This document shows positions 17,886-30,279 of a stretch of DNA of 64,000 nucleotides, in pieces. Under the pieces are notes generated by a model that saw nothing but the letters and a program-made list of their open reading frames with translations, had not been told where the DNA came from and did no database searches. Both the position numbers and the translations under genes were made by a program. The first letter of the stretch is position 1. Every line of letters starts with the position of its first letter. Source of the DNA: the human T2T-CHM13v2.0 reference genome, Homo sapiens; NCBI RefSeq assembly GCF_009914755.1, contig NC_060945.1; one strand, written 5' to 3'.

Positions 17886-19372
17886 GGCCTAAAAGCTTCA
17901 GTACTTAGAATTTGTACACATGCTGTTGAGGTAGACATAAAGCCATGACAAGAAAGAAGGTTGTTCTCCACTGAACACTAATTAACCAAATCAGAGGTTC
18001 AATCTTGCTGTGCCTTGGCGCCATCTTTAGAGATGTCACTGTCCCTTCACCTCCCTGCACTTCAAAACTTTGGCACTTCAAAACTTAAGAGACTCAACTT
18101 TTATTGAGGTGGCTGAAATTTCCTACTATTAATCTATAGGAAACTATTTTAAAGTCCTCTAAACTCCCACAGTGGAATTAAATACTAGAATTGGGATGAT
18201 GCCCCCAAAATGTCTTATGCTGGAGAGGTGTCAATTATCTTAAAAAACACAAATTGCTTATTTGAACATGAGTGAAAACAAAGAAGTAGAACTAGCTTTC
18301 CCACCCCCCCGCCAACCCCCGACTTTTTCCTCTGGCTCTTTTGAAATAGAGCATTAAAAACGCATGCTGATGATGTGGGTTTTTGCTGTGACACTTACCA
18401 ACTATCTATATTTTGCATTTGGAAAAAAATGTGAAAGCAAACACTGCTAGTGAAAGCTATTCCTTTAAACCATCTAACTAATTTATGCCTCTGAGAATAT
18501 AGTGTGTCAGCAAAATTGTTAGGTCTGTGATTAAAAGATATGTGCAATTTAGTAAGGTTTGTAGGTCAGTGAATAGGCTTCAACATATCAGAAAGGAAGG
18601 AAAACAGATTCTAAACAGCCAAGCTTAAAAATTGGAAAAGTGGAAAACCATGCTATGAGGGAAAAAATTAGAAGACTAAAACCAGCTTATTTTCTCTAGA
18701 CTGAGATCTAACGTTATATGATGATCACACAAAACACAGTTTTAATATAGTATACAATAGCAACCAAAAATTTACCTTATAATGGTCACACTACGCTTAT
18801 TAAGTTGCTATGTTCTTGATGCCTAGTTCTTTTTCCTACAATGTCAGAAAACTAGACATCTATAATTCTGATTTATTTGACTGCTGTTAATGAAATGTTT
18901 TCAAGTCGATGCAACTAAAAAGTCTGCAGGAAAATTATAGGCAATTAAATTCATGCTTTTGTTTGTTCATTTTGTGTCTTATTATGAAGAAACTTTAAAG
19001 CTGTTTACAGAAACAATGTAAAATAAAAATAATAATTTAATAATACTGCTAATGTTTATTGAGTGATAGACACTTGTTTATTTGTGCTGGTGTAAATCCA
19101 GACATAAGAGGAAGAGCTAATATCAACACACGTACAGAGAACTTTCAGTTGAAGAAACAGGCACTTATGTTGTGGATAAAATGAAATAAAATAAGTGTAG
19201 TCAAAATGAGGACTACATCTATTTTTTCCCAGTTATTTTTATCTCATCAACCTAGACTTAACTCTAAGTCTTACCTTCCAACCTGGAATAATGAGTACGT
19301 TTCAGTGGTTTAATGCATCAGTGCCCACTGGTGCTCCCTCATCTAAATACTCTGTTTAAATCTCTGACTCCT

Positions 19373-19678
<306 letters not shown>

Positions 19679-20638
19679 TTAAATGGCCCTCAGGTTTGAA
19701 GTTTGATGATTCTGCTAATTTCAATGACACACTTGAGCAGAGGAAGCTTGATAGGGCTGGGTACTCACATATTAAATCTTAATTATCCCCAAGGCATTTT
19801 GTGTTCGTTTGTTGTGAAGACTTTTGCCTTCGAGAAAAATAATGCTTCGGAGTTGGCAAGATTCTTCAGAACTCTCCTCAATGGCTCATGCAAAATATTC
19901 CCTCACGTATAACCATGCTCTGCTATTCCTCTCCCTTCAGTGTGTCTTAGAATAAACTCCCCAATGAGCTTAAGCTATTATTGAATATACTAGAGGCATC
20001 TGACTCCAAAGAACATTTTCAAAGGTAAATGATAATAAAAATAATATAATGCACTACACTGTATCTTAAAGCATCTTGGAAAGCTGGGAGTTACTATCAA
20101 TTAGGGAAGATAAAACAATAGATAGAAGGTAATATATCAATAATTATTTGGCATATATGAGTGATAAAAACCAGTACATGTACAAAAACCTTTGTAAGAG
20201 GGAATTAAGGAACTGAGGGCGGCGAGGAACTGATTTGCTTTCATGGCAGCACTGCAAAACTAGAGATATTCTAGCTCTCAAACATAGCACTGTCGTCAAT
20301 CTAATGACCAAGTAGTTGCTGAGTTTCAGCACTGCCTGACTTGTATACTTATTAGACACTTCCTAATTAGGCAGTTTTGTAATCCGTTGCTTTATATACT
20401 ATTCTTCCAAATATATTTCACTTGCAAGCCCTTTCATTTTCTTCAAAATTATAAGTCAGTTTACATGCTGGTATTTATTTATGTTAGGCTTATTATGTGT
20501 GTATTTCCAAAAAAACTTCTAAAGTCGCTTACAAAATTAAACTCAGTCAATATAAATGGTAGGAATTATACATTAAAACTTTCTGCAAAAAAATTTAACA
20601 CACATAAACACAATTTGTTATAAGAAGCATAACAAACC

Positions 20639-20738
20639 ATAACATGTCAAAAACTCCATTCAAAACAACTTAGAATGACAAACATGTCATTCTAAAATCT
20701 CATTCTCAGTTGTTTGAATGGGGTTTTTGACATATTAT
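20639..20738. repeat. ~40-bp inverted repeat with 21-nt spacer (hairpin)
   Basis: 20639-20678 vs reverse complement of 20700-20738: 3 substitutions and 1 indel. Confidence 0.9.
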
Positions 20739-21155
20739 ATCTTCCGAACAGAAGAGCATGTATGGTTTAAAAAATCATGACAGATTAGAGAAATAAATGC
20801 CCTAGAGAACGTTTTCCCACTTGGAAGGCAAGGATTTCTAGTTAGCAATGATATTAAATATTTAAACTAATTATTAACTTTCCGTACAAATTATGCCTGC
20901 AAACCCAAGAGGTTCACATTCATGCTTACAGAATGATTTTTTCCATTAAGATAGCAATGTATTAACATACACATAATTATGATTTACACATTGAATTTAT
21001 TCTTAGTCTATTATACAATAAGTAAAAGATAGAGCTATAGCTACAGAGATTAAGTGAATTTTTGTTTAAAGCATCCCACCAAACAAGATCCTAGATTATG
21101 GTATTGCTGGGTAGGTAATAAGAATTGTTTTCCCTCACTTATTCCCATGTTTTAT

Positions 21156-21157
<2 letters not shown>

Positions 21158-21188
<31 letters not shown>

Positions 21189-21468
21189 CAGAGTCTTGCT
21201 CTGTCGCCCAGGCTGGAGTGCAGTGGCAGCGATCTCAGCTCACTGCCAGCTCCGCCTCCCGGGTTTACGCCATGCTGCTGCCTCAGCCTCCCAAGTAGCT
21301 GGGACTACAGGCACCCGCCAACACGCCCGGCTAATTTTTTTCGTATTTTTAGTAGAGTCAGGGTTTCACCATGTTAGCCAGGATGGTCTCGATCTCCTGA
21401 CCTCGTGATCCACCAGCCTGGGCCTCCCAAAGTGCTGGGATTACAGGCATGAGCCACCATGCCCGGCC
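21158..21468 (-). mobile_element. AluY
   Basis: Long poly(T); gttagccaggatggtctcgatctcctgacctcgtg; TSD tgttttataa at 21148-21157 and 21469-21478. Confidence 0.97.
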
Positions 21469-22720
21469 TGTTTTATAAATTTTAATGGGTGTTTTCATAT
21501 CAGAAATATTTATGACAAGAAATTTACTATGAGGCTGCTTTACTTGAAAATTTTGTTTACATTTATTTGTTTGAATTATTTTAAATTTGTTTTCATATTC
21601 TATTTTCTCTCAAATTGTAGGATATATCTTTGTTTCATCAATTCCACCTCAACATAAGTATGCTAAGCAAACAATAAATTTTTTAATATTAAAATTATTT
21701 TTATTGTGCTCTTTCTAATCAAAGTTTTAAAAATATTTTCCATGTTATATCTTTATAAATATGTTTAATAACATCATAGTATATATTACCTAATGGATTT
21801 AACATAATTTATTTAACCAGTCACCCTCTACTTATTTATAGTTGTTTCCAGATTTTCCTTTGCTAATATAAATACTGCTGATGTACATACGATTTTGCTG
21901 ATGTATCAGCCTTTGCTGTTCCAGATTTCTTACTTTTTAAATTTTTATTTTTGTTTTAGATTCAAGGGCACATGTGCAGGTTTATTACATGGGTATATTG
22001 TGTGGTACCGACATTTGGGCTTCTATTGCTCGAGTCATTCAGACAGTAAACATAGTACCCAATAGGATATTTTTCAACCCTTTCCCTGATCCCGGCATCC
22101 CTTGTTTTGAAGAATCCAGTGTTAATTATTCCCATCTTTATCTTTATTGGTGTGTCTATAATTTAACTCCCACTTATAAGTAAGAATATGCAATATTTGG
22201 TTTTCTGTTTTTGCATTCATTCACATAGGACAATGACCTCGAATACATCCAGCTGCATCCACATTGCTGCAAAGGAAGTGATTTTGTTCTTTCTTATGGC
22301 TGTGTAGTATTCCATGGTATATATGTACCATGTTTTCTTTATCAAATCCATCACTGATGAGCACCTAGGTTGGTTCCATGTCTTTGCTATTGTGAATAGT
22401 GCTGTGATAAACATACAAGTGCAGATGTGTTTTTGTAGAATGATTTATTTTCATTTGGGTGTATACACAGTAATGAGATTGCTCAGTTGAATGGTAGTTC
22501 TAGTTTTAGTTCTCTGAGAAATCTCCAAGCTTCTTCCAAAAGTAGCTTAATGAATTTACATTGCGACCAACTGTGTAAAAGTGTTCTCTTTTATCTTCAG
22601 CTTGACAACATCTATTATTTTTTGATGTTTTAGTATTAGCCATTCTGACTGGCATAAGATGGTACCACGTTGTGGTTTTAATTTGCATTTCTCTGATGAT
22701 TAGTGATGTTGAGCATTTCT

Positions 22721-23040
22721 GTTTTTTTCTGGTAAAAGTAAATTTATTACATTTAAGAAAAACAATTCCCTAAAAGAAATGATATTATCATTGAAAACAG
22801 ATGCAATTGCCATTGTGTGTAATATCCTGGGAAAATTAAGGAAGAAAAACAAGTCATAATTAATGAAGAAGATTCCATCCAAATACCCCCTTTGCTATCA
22901 GACAGCTACGCTTTCTGAAACTCTACCCCTCTTGTTAGTTAATGGCAGAATTCACAAATGTTCCTTATGAATGTAAAATGTTTTACTTCTATCAGGTAGT
23001 TTTCTGTGGATTATGAAATCATAGACTCCTTCTAGACCTT
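22721..23040 (-). other. Non-L1 ~320-bp insert with AATAAA and short A tail (possible retrocopied 3' end)
   Basis: Interrupts L1 between gagcatttct and ttttgctgtttgtat. The minus strand ends aataaatttacttttaccagaaaaaaa. Confidence 0.6.
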
Positions 23041-26000
23041 TTTTGCTGTTTGTATATCGTCTTTTGGAAAGTGTCTGTTCATAACTTTTGCACACTTTTT
23101 AATGGGGTTGTTTATTTTTCTTGTTGATTGGTTTAAATTCCATATAGACTCTGGATATTAGTCCTTTGTCAAATGCATGATTTACAAATATTTTCTCCCA
23201 TTCTATAGATCGTCTGTTTACTGTGTTGATAGTTTCTTTTGCTGTACAGAAGCTCTTTAGTTTAATTATATCCCACTTGTCAATTTTTATTTTGGATGCA
23301 ATTGCTTTTGAGGATTTAGTCATAAAATATTTGCCTAGGCTGATGTCCAGATTACTATTTCCTAAGTTTTGTCCTAGGGCTTTTATAGTTTGAGATCTTA
23401 CAATTAAGTTTTACATCCTTATTGAGTTAGTTTTTGTATATACTGAGATTTAGGGGTCCAGTTTCATTCTTCTGCATCTAATTAGCAAGTTTTCCCAGAA
23501 CTCTCTATTGAATAGGGAGTTTCCCCATTGCTTATTTTGTTGATTTTGTCAAAGATCAGTTGGTTGTTGGTGTGGGGCTTTATTTCTGGGTTTTCTGTTC
23601 TTTTCCATTGGAGTATGTGTCTATATTTTTTACCAGTACTATACTGTGTTTGTCACTGTTACTCTGTAGTATAGTTTAAAGTCAGGTAATGTTATGCATC
23701 TAGCCTTGTTCTTTTTGTTTTGGCTGTAAATCTGTGTGGTCCAGGGCTTTTTGTGGTAGTACTGTTTTTGCAGTTTGGACTCTTTTTAGTTTCATATGAA
23801 TTTTGTAATACTTTTTCTAATTCTGTGAGCAATGACATTAGTCATTAATAGGAATAGCATTGAATCTGTAGATTATTTTGGACAGTATGGCTATTTTAAC
23901 AATATTGATTCTTTCAATCCATGAGCACGGAATGTTTCTCCATTAGCTGGTGTCATCTCTGATTTCTTTCAGCAATATTTTGTAGTTCACCTTACAGAGG
24001 TCTTTAATCTCCTTGATTAGATGTATTTCTAGGTATTTGTATGTGTGTGTGACTATTGTAAACAGGATTGCATTCTTGATTTGCCTCTCAGCTTGAGTGT
24101 TATTGGAATACAGAAAGCTACTAACTTTTGTATGTTGATTCTGTATCTTGACACTTTACTAAAGTTGTTATCATGTCTCAGAGCCTTTAGGGTTTGCTAG
24201 GTAAAGAATCATATCATCACCAAAGAGCGATAATTTGACTTCCTAGTTTCCTATTTGGATACTATTTCTTTCTTTCTCTTGCCTGACTGCTCTGGCTGGG
24301 ACTTCCAGTACTATGTTGAATAGAAGTGGTGTGAGTGGACATCCTTGTCTTGTTCCAGTTCTTAGGGGGAATGTTTCCAGCTTTTGCCCATTCAGTACAT
24401 TGGTTGTGAGTTTGTCAGAAATGGCTCTTATTATTTTTAGTAATAAGATGTCTAGTGTGTTGAGTTTTTTTTAATTGTGAAGAGATGTTGGATTTTGTCA
24501 AATGCTTTTCTGCGTCTAATGAGATGATCATATGGTTTTTCTTTTTAATTCCGTATATGTGGTGAATCACATTTATTGAATTGCTCATATTGACCAACCT
24601 TGCATCCCAGAAACAAAGCCTAGTTAATTATAGTGAATTAACTTTTTGGTATGTTGCTGGATTCAGTTTGTTAGTATTTTACTGGAGATTTTTGCGTCTA
24701 TGTTCATCAGAAATATCAGACTGTAGTTTCTTTTTGTTGTTGTGTCTTTGCTAGAGTTTAGTATCAGGATGATACTTGTTTTGTAGAATAAGTTAGGAAG
24801 CAATCTTTTCTCCTCTATATTTTGAAATAGTTTTGCTAGGATTGGTGCAGCTCTTATTTGTACATCTTTGTAGAATTTGGCTACAAGTCTATGTGGTCCA
24901 AAGCTTTTTGTACATGGTAAGGTTTTATTACTGATTCAATTTCAGAATTTGTTATTGGTCTGTTCTGGGTTTCAAATGCTTCCAAGTTCAAACTTGCAAG
25001 GTTGTTTGTTTTCAGGAATTGTCTATTTCCTCCAGATTTTCTAGTTTGTGCACATGGGAAGTGTTCATAAGTCTCTAAGGATCTTTTTTATTTCTGTGGG
25101 CTTGAAAGCAATGCCTTCGTTGTCATTTCTCAATGTGTTTATTTGGATATCTTTTTTCTTTTGTTAATAAAGCTAGTGGTCTATCGACCTTGTTTATCTT
25201 TTCAAACAGCAGCTTTTCATTCTGTTGTCCTTTATATTTTTGGGGAGGGAGTCTCAATTTCATTTTGTTCTACTTTTATTTTTGTATTTTCATTAATTAC
25301 GCTAGGTTTGGGATTAGCTGATTCTTGTTTTACTTGTTTTTTTAGATTTGATATTAGAATGTTAATTTGAGATCTTCTTATCTTCTTGATGTAGATAAAT
25401 AGCACTATAAACTTTCACTCTTTTGGCCACATTGCAAAAGTTTTGATATGTTTGGTCTCTGTTTTCATTTGTTACATTTTTTTTAAATTTCTGCCTTAAT
25501 TTTGCGGTTTACCCAAAAGTCATTCAAGAGTAAATTGATCAGTTCCTATGTAATTTTGTCGTTTTGAGAGATCATCTTGGTATTGATTTCTGCTTTTATT
25601 CTACTGTTGCCTGTGAGTATGCTTGGTATGATTTCAATTTTTTTGAATTTATTGAGACTTGCTTTATGATGGAGCATGTGCTTGTTCTTAGAGTATATTT
25701 CATTTGCAGATAAGAAGATTGTATATACTGTTGTTGTTGGATAGAGTAGATGTCTGTTAGGTCCAATTGGTCAAGCGTCAAATTTAAGTCCAGAATTTAT
25801 TAGACTGTTTTCTGACTTGATTTTTCTAATGCTCTCAATGGGGTGTTGAAATCCTCTACTATTATTATGTGGGTGTCTAAGTCTTTTCATGTTTCTGGAA
25901 TTAATCATTATATGAATTTGAGTGCTCCAATGTTGGATGTGTATATGTTTAGGATATTTAAGTCTTCTTGTTAAATTGAGTCTTTTATCATTATGGAATT

Positions 26001-26168
26001 CCTTTATTTGTCCCTTTTTACTATTGTTGGTTTAAAGTCTGTTTTATCTGACAGAAGACCCCTGCTCTTTTTAGTTTTCTACTTGCATGATACATTTTTC
26101 TCCCTCTCTTTACTTTGAGCCAATGGATGTCATTACATTTGTGATGGATCTCTTGAAGGCAGCTTAAG

Positions 26169-26540
26169 TTTGGGTTATATATATACATATATATATATAT
26201 ATATAATATAGACTATATTATAATATATATATAACCCAAATTATAATATAAATATATAATATATAACCTATATTATAATATATAATATAGTCTATATTTT
26301 ATCTATATTATATATATATAGATGCAATTTGAGTCTTCTAAATCCTGAGTCTTCTAAATCCTTCTACAAAAGAGTTCTGTCATCCTCAACTCATGATATT
26401 AGAGCATTGCTGAATGCAACTTTCAAGGAACCATGCTAGATGACATCCCAGAACACTATATGTATTATATGTATTATTGATAGAATATTGAATGCTGAGA
26501 CTAGGAAAGCGCTCTCATGACTTCATGTCAATTAACTTTT

Positions 26541-26580
<40 letters not shown>

Positions 26581-26590
26581 AGTATATATA
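26169..26590. repeat. Complex (TA)n tract with internal palindromes and an embedded ~200-bp copy of 28690-28890
   Basis: 26344-26549 aligns to 28690-28890 with 7 substitutions and one 5-nt indel. Confidence 0.95.
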
Positions 26591-26959
26591 CACAATTTGC
26601 TATTGTGTGTCTTTTAAGTGGAGCATTTAGACCTATTACATTCAAGGTTAAGATTGACATGTGTATTTTCTTTTTCATATTGTTGTTTCCTGGTTGCTTT
26701 GTAGTCTCAATTGTGTGGTTCCTTTACAGAGTCTTTGTGCTATGTCCTTATGTATTGTTTGTGTGTTTGTGTGTATGTGTGTGTTTGTCAGCAAATATTG
26801 TCCTTTTATTTTCATGTTTAGAACCCCCTTAAGCATCTCTTTGGAAGGTCTGTTTAGGGGTAAAAAAACTTTCCTAGTGATTGTTTGTCTGGGACAGATT
26901 TAATTTCTTCTTAGCTTATGGGGCTCTAGTAAGTGTTTTCAATAATATAAGGAGCATAA

Positions 26960-27170
26960 ATGAAAGAGCACATGCCTAGGTTTGAATCCTAGCTCTAACA
27001 CTTATGACTCTGGTAAGTCATGTAATCACTTGATTCTTTTAAAATACATTATCTGTAAAAAGGATAATAAAATTCATCATAATAGATTGTTGTGAGGGTT
27101 CAATGAGTTAATATGTTTAAAAATTTTAGAATACTGGCTAATAGAGAGAAAATTACATGTGGTTTTTTTA
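26960..27170 (+). mobile_element. MIR
   Basis: ggtttgaatcctagctct...tctgtaaaaaggataataa...ttgttgtgagggttcaatgagttaat. Confidence 0.85.
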
Positions 27171-27210
27171 TTACATCATTAGGTAAGAGAGATATTCTAC
27201 TAGAGTCTAC

Positions 27211-27404
27211 AATAGAAGTTGGCAGATTTTGTCTGTAATGGACAAGACAGTAGATATTTAAGTTTTGCAAGAAACAAATATTCCTACCATATTTTTGTTT
27301 TGTTTTATTTTTAGGATCCTTTGAAATCTAAAAACCATTCTTAGCTCAAAGGCATGAAAATACAGGCCAGATTCGACCCATGAACTGCAGCTTGCCAATT
27401 CTTG
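27211..27404. mobile_element. MER58-type hAT-Charlie DNA transposon
   Basis: gttggcagattttgtctgtaatggacaagacagtagatatttaagttttgc...gcagcttgccaattcttg. Confidence 0.75.
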
Positions 27405-27409
27405 ATCTA

Positions 27410-29765
27410 GATGATCATATTCCCTGTAGACTGTATAGTAACCGACAGAAGGAAAATTAACATAGCCCTAGGGAAAAGAGTAAAATGTCCTGTTGTTCCT
27501 TTCATTGTTTCTGATCTTTCTACTGATGAGGACTGAAAATAATACACTTGTCAGACCAATTGCTGCATATTGAGTGCCAGATGCCATGTTGATTAGTGCT
27601 AGGAAAATATCCCGTAACTGGCAAGTATGCTGAGATTTAAAGTTAACTAATTGGTTAAGTTTAGTGTATTCCATATCATTCAGCTTGATCTATCTGGTTT
27701 TGAAAGAGAATATGATGGGGATCATCATGCCTTCAAGCTTTCAGTCATTGCGGAAATTGACCTCAGAATATGAAATTGATTGTAATTTCTTTTCATGACA
27801 ATACTCTCTCACATCTGGGAACAACCTGTGGTTTATGTTTGTTGCTTAATATATCTATGTTAGTTAAGCAGGTGAGAACTGGGAAAATGGTCACTAATTG
27901 AAAATTCAAAAATTTGTGGTCAAATTGTAAGAGTCCCGACATCATACCCCATTTGTATCTAGCATCCATTAGCTCCCCCATTATAAATAGGAGGCTGTAA
28001 TAACATTCCTGTTTCTTACTATCAAGACCCTATAACAATAGCCATCAAATTCTTTTGGTATTCAGTTTTTTCCATTACACTTTTCCTTTGGGAAAAACCA
28101 GAGGTAAAAAAGCCATTTATATGGTTATGGTATAGCAGTATTTCAAAATCTTTTTGCAAGATAACTCTGTATCTCTTTTAATATATTGACAATGGGTTTG
28201 TAAACTGACTCAGATCAAGAAATGGGTGAGGACTTTTAATTTTCCATTGCCATAGCTGACATCAGCCTGTTTCTTATCAACTCTTCATTCTTTTTGGTTT
28301 GTAAAAGTCAAGTCATTATTTAATTGCCTTTCTATCTTCATGGTTAAGACTTTGCAATTTATTAGCCAATGCCATAGACTTATGATTTGAGTTTCTTAAG
28401 ATCAAGGCCCCCTGGTTCTCACTGTACCTTTGTTGCCCTTCTGATGTTCATGCTCACATTGTCTCTAATGGTTAAGGGTCAACATTGCATTTTTGCTATT
28501 CAAAATCACATCATATTATCACTCTTATCCCACATTTATCTAGTTCTATGAAAAAAAATGTTCTATCATCCACCCAGAACTATAGAGGACATTTGATATG
28601 TAGCCATCCAATCATGCAGGTTCTGTTCCTTCCTGCTTTAGTAATGTATGTCCTCTAGGGGTTCCTGGTGAGTATAACATGCTCAATTCCCTGAGTCTTC
28701 TAAATCTTTCTACAAAAGAGTTCTGTCATCCTCAACTCATGATATTAGGGCATTGCTGAATGCAACTTTCAAGGAACCATGCTAGAAGACATCCCAGAAC
28801 ACTATATGTATGTATTATTGATAGAATATTAAATCCTGAGACTAGGAAAGTGCTCTCATGACTTCATGTCAATTAACTTTTTCTTATATAGCCATATAAT
28901 CTGTTGAATCTAGTTCAGCATACTTAGAATATATCCTCACATGTTTTCCATCCTTCTTAGTTATCTCGATCTAGCAACTCTATCAGGGAATAAGCAATTT
29001 TCTTTGGGAGCAGGGGTACAGACTTCTCTCTGCAGTTTATACAGAGGCCTGGCCATAATGATTAGTCTGGATGCAATGAAGATAAGCTGGATAAGACATT
29101 AAAAAAAAAACAAACACCACCAAGGGATATCGGCCTTAGTGAGGTGTTTGTACTGTCTCCAGGCCAGGAAAGGCTGCTTCTGCTTGCAAGAGGAGGGTTA
29201 TTTCTGCTCAAACAGAAATTTCAGAATTGAGGACTGTAAGATTATCCAATGTACTCATACAGATGTCCCGTACTGAATAGTAGGATTCATTTCTTCCCTA
29301 TCGATGCACTGACTCTAAAATAGAAGACATCTCAAAAATATTTAGTCTCTTCTCACTTTTGCTATTGTTATGATTAGTCCTGGGCCTAATTTCTAACACT
29401 ATTTGTCCTATTGTCTTAGACGATAAGGGCTTTTTAAATTGCCAGCATGAAGATTTTCATTGTACTCTCAGGTGATAATTGCCTGAGGTGAACTGGTCAT
29501 TTTTTTTCCAAGGCCAGCAATGTCACAATTTTAATGTTACTATGGAATTCTGGAGATCACAAGCTAGAGTTACTGCTTAACACAAAGGTTTCTCTTCTAC
29601 TTGAAGTTAATCCTAATCTGCTGAAGTTGATATTCTTAGTAGTTGTGATCCTGCAACACATTAAGTGTTATCAGTAACTCACATATCAACAGCAATGGAG
29701 CTTCAGTTGACATAGTCTGATGAGTAAACAAGGATTTGTTATTTGAGTTTATTTCTAGTGCTAAG
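27410..29765 (-). mobile_element. Degraded ERVL internal region (gag to RT start; ERV3-16A3/ERVL-like)
   Basis: ORF 27468-27674(-) INMASGTQYAAIGLTSVLFSV resembles recalled ERVL RT (INTxxGTWYAAIDLANAFFSI); lies directly 3' of the LTR33-like element. Confidence 0.7.
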
Positions 29766-30279
29766 TACCTTAGGTTGAATTTAGCCAAAAGCAGAAACAT
29801 TGATAAGGTCTTGAATCAAGTTTATGTATTTGGAAGGCTATCGTGGGAAATAAAAATCAAGGAAGGGAGTGAGACAGAGAAGTATGAAAACCCAGAAATG
29901 GTGGGTTATTTAGGTGATTCTGTGGCATTGGCTGTTAGTTATGCTGGGGTCCCTTTAAGAAACTGTGAAATGCCTCTTAAGAACACAGGAGAAGGAAAAG
30001 AGACTGAGACATTTATCTACCAGCGCTGTTGCAGATTGGTTGAGGGTTGTTCACAGGACATTATCTAGCCCACAATCCTAGGTTGCAAGTGTGTGCCTTC
30101 TGAAGATGTTGCTGTGACTTTTAAGAAAGGCTTGAAGCAGAAAAACAAATACATAATGCAGCAGGTTTCTGCTGTGGGCTGCAAGTCAGCATGCTCAGTG
30201 TCATCCACAAAAACTGCAGCTGAAATCAAAGGCAAGCCAAGGGAGGATGTGCCACCGGCCACTAGAAACATCTGCTACA
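29766..30279 (-). mobile_element. ERVL LTR (LTR33-like), the 5' LTR of the remnant
   Basis: ccttaggttgaatttagccaaaagcaga...ggagtgagacagagaag...tctgctaca terminus. Confidence 0.75.

Larger units (their letters stand above)
21933..26915 (-). mobile_element. Older LINE-1 (about L1PA15-16), 3' UTR through ORF2 start region, carrying several later insertions
   Basis: Minus-strand ORF2 peptides ([50 protein letters not shown]); 3' UTR tgtgcaggtttattacatgggtatattgtgtg. Confidence 0.93.
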
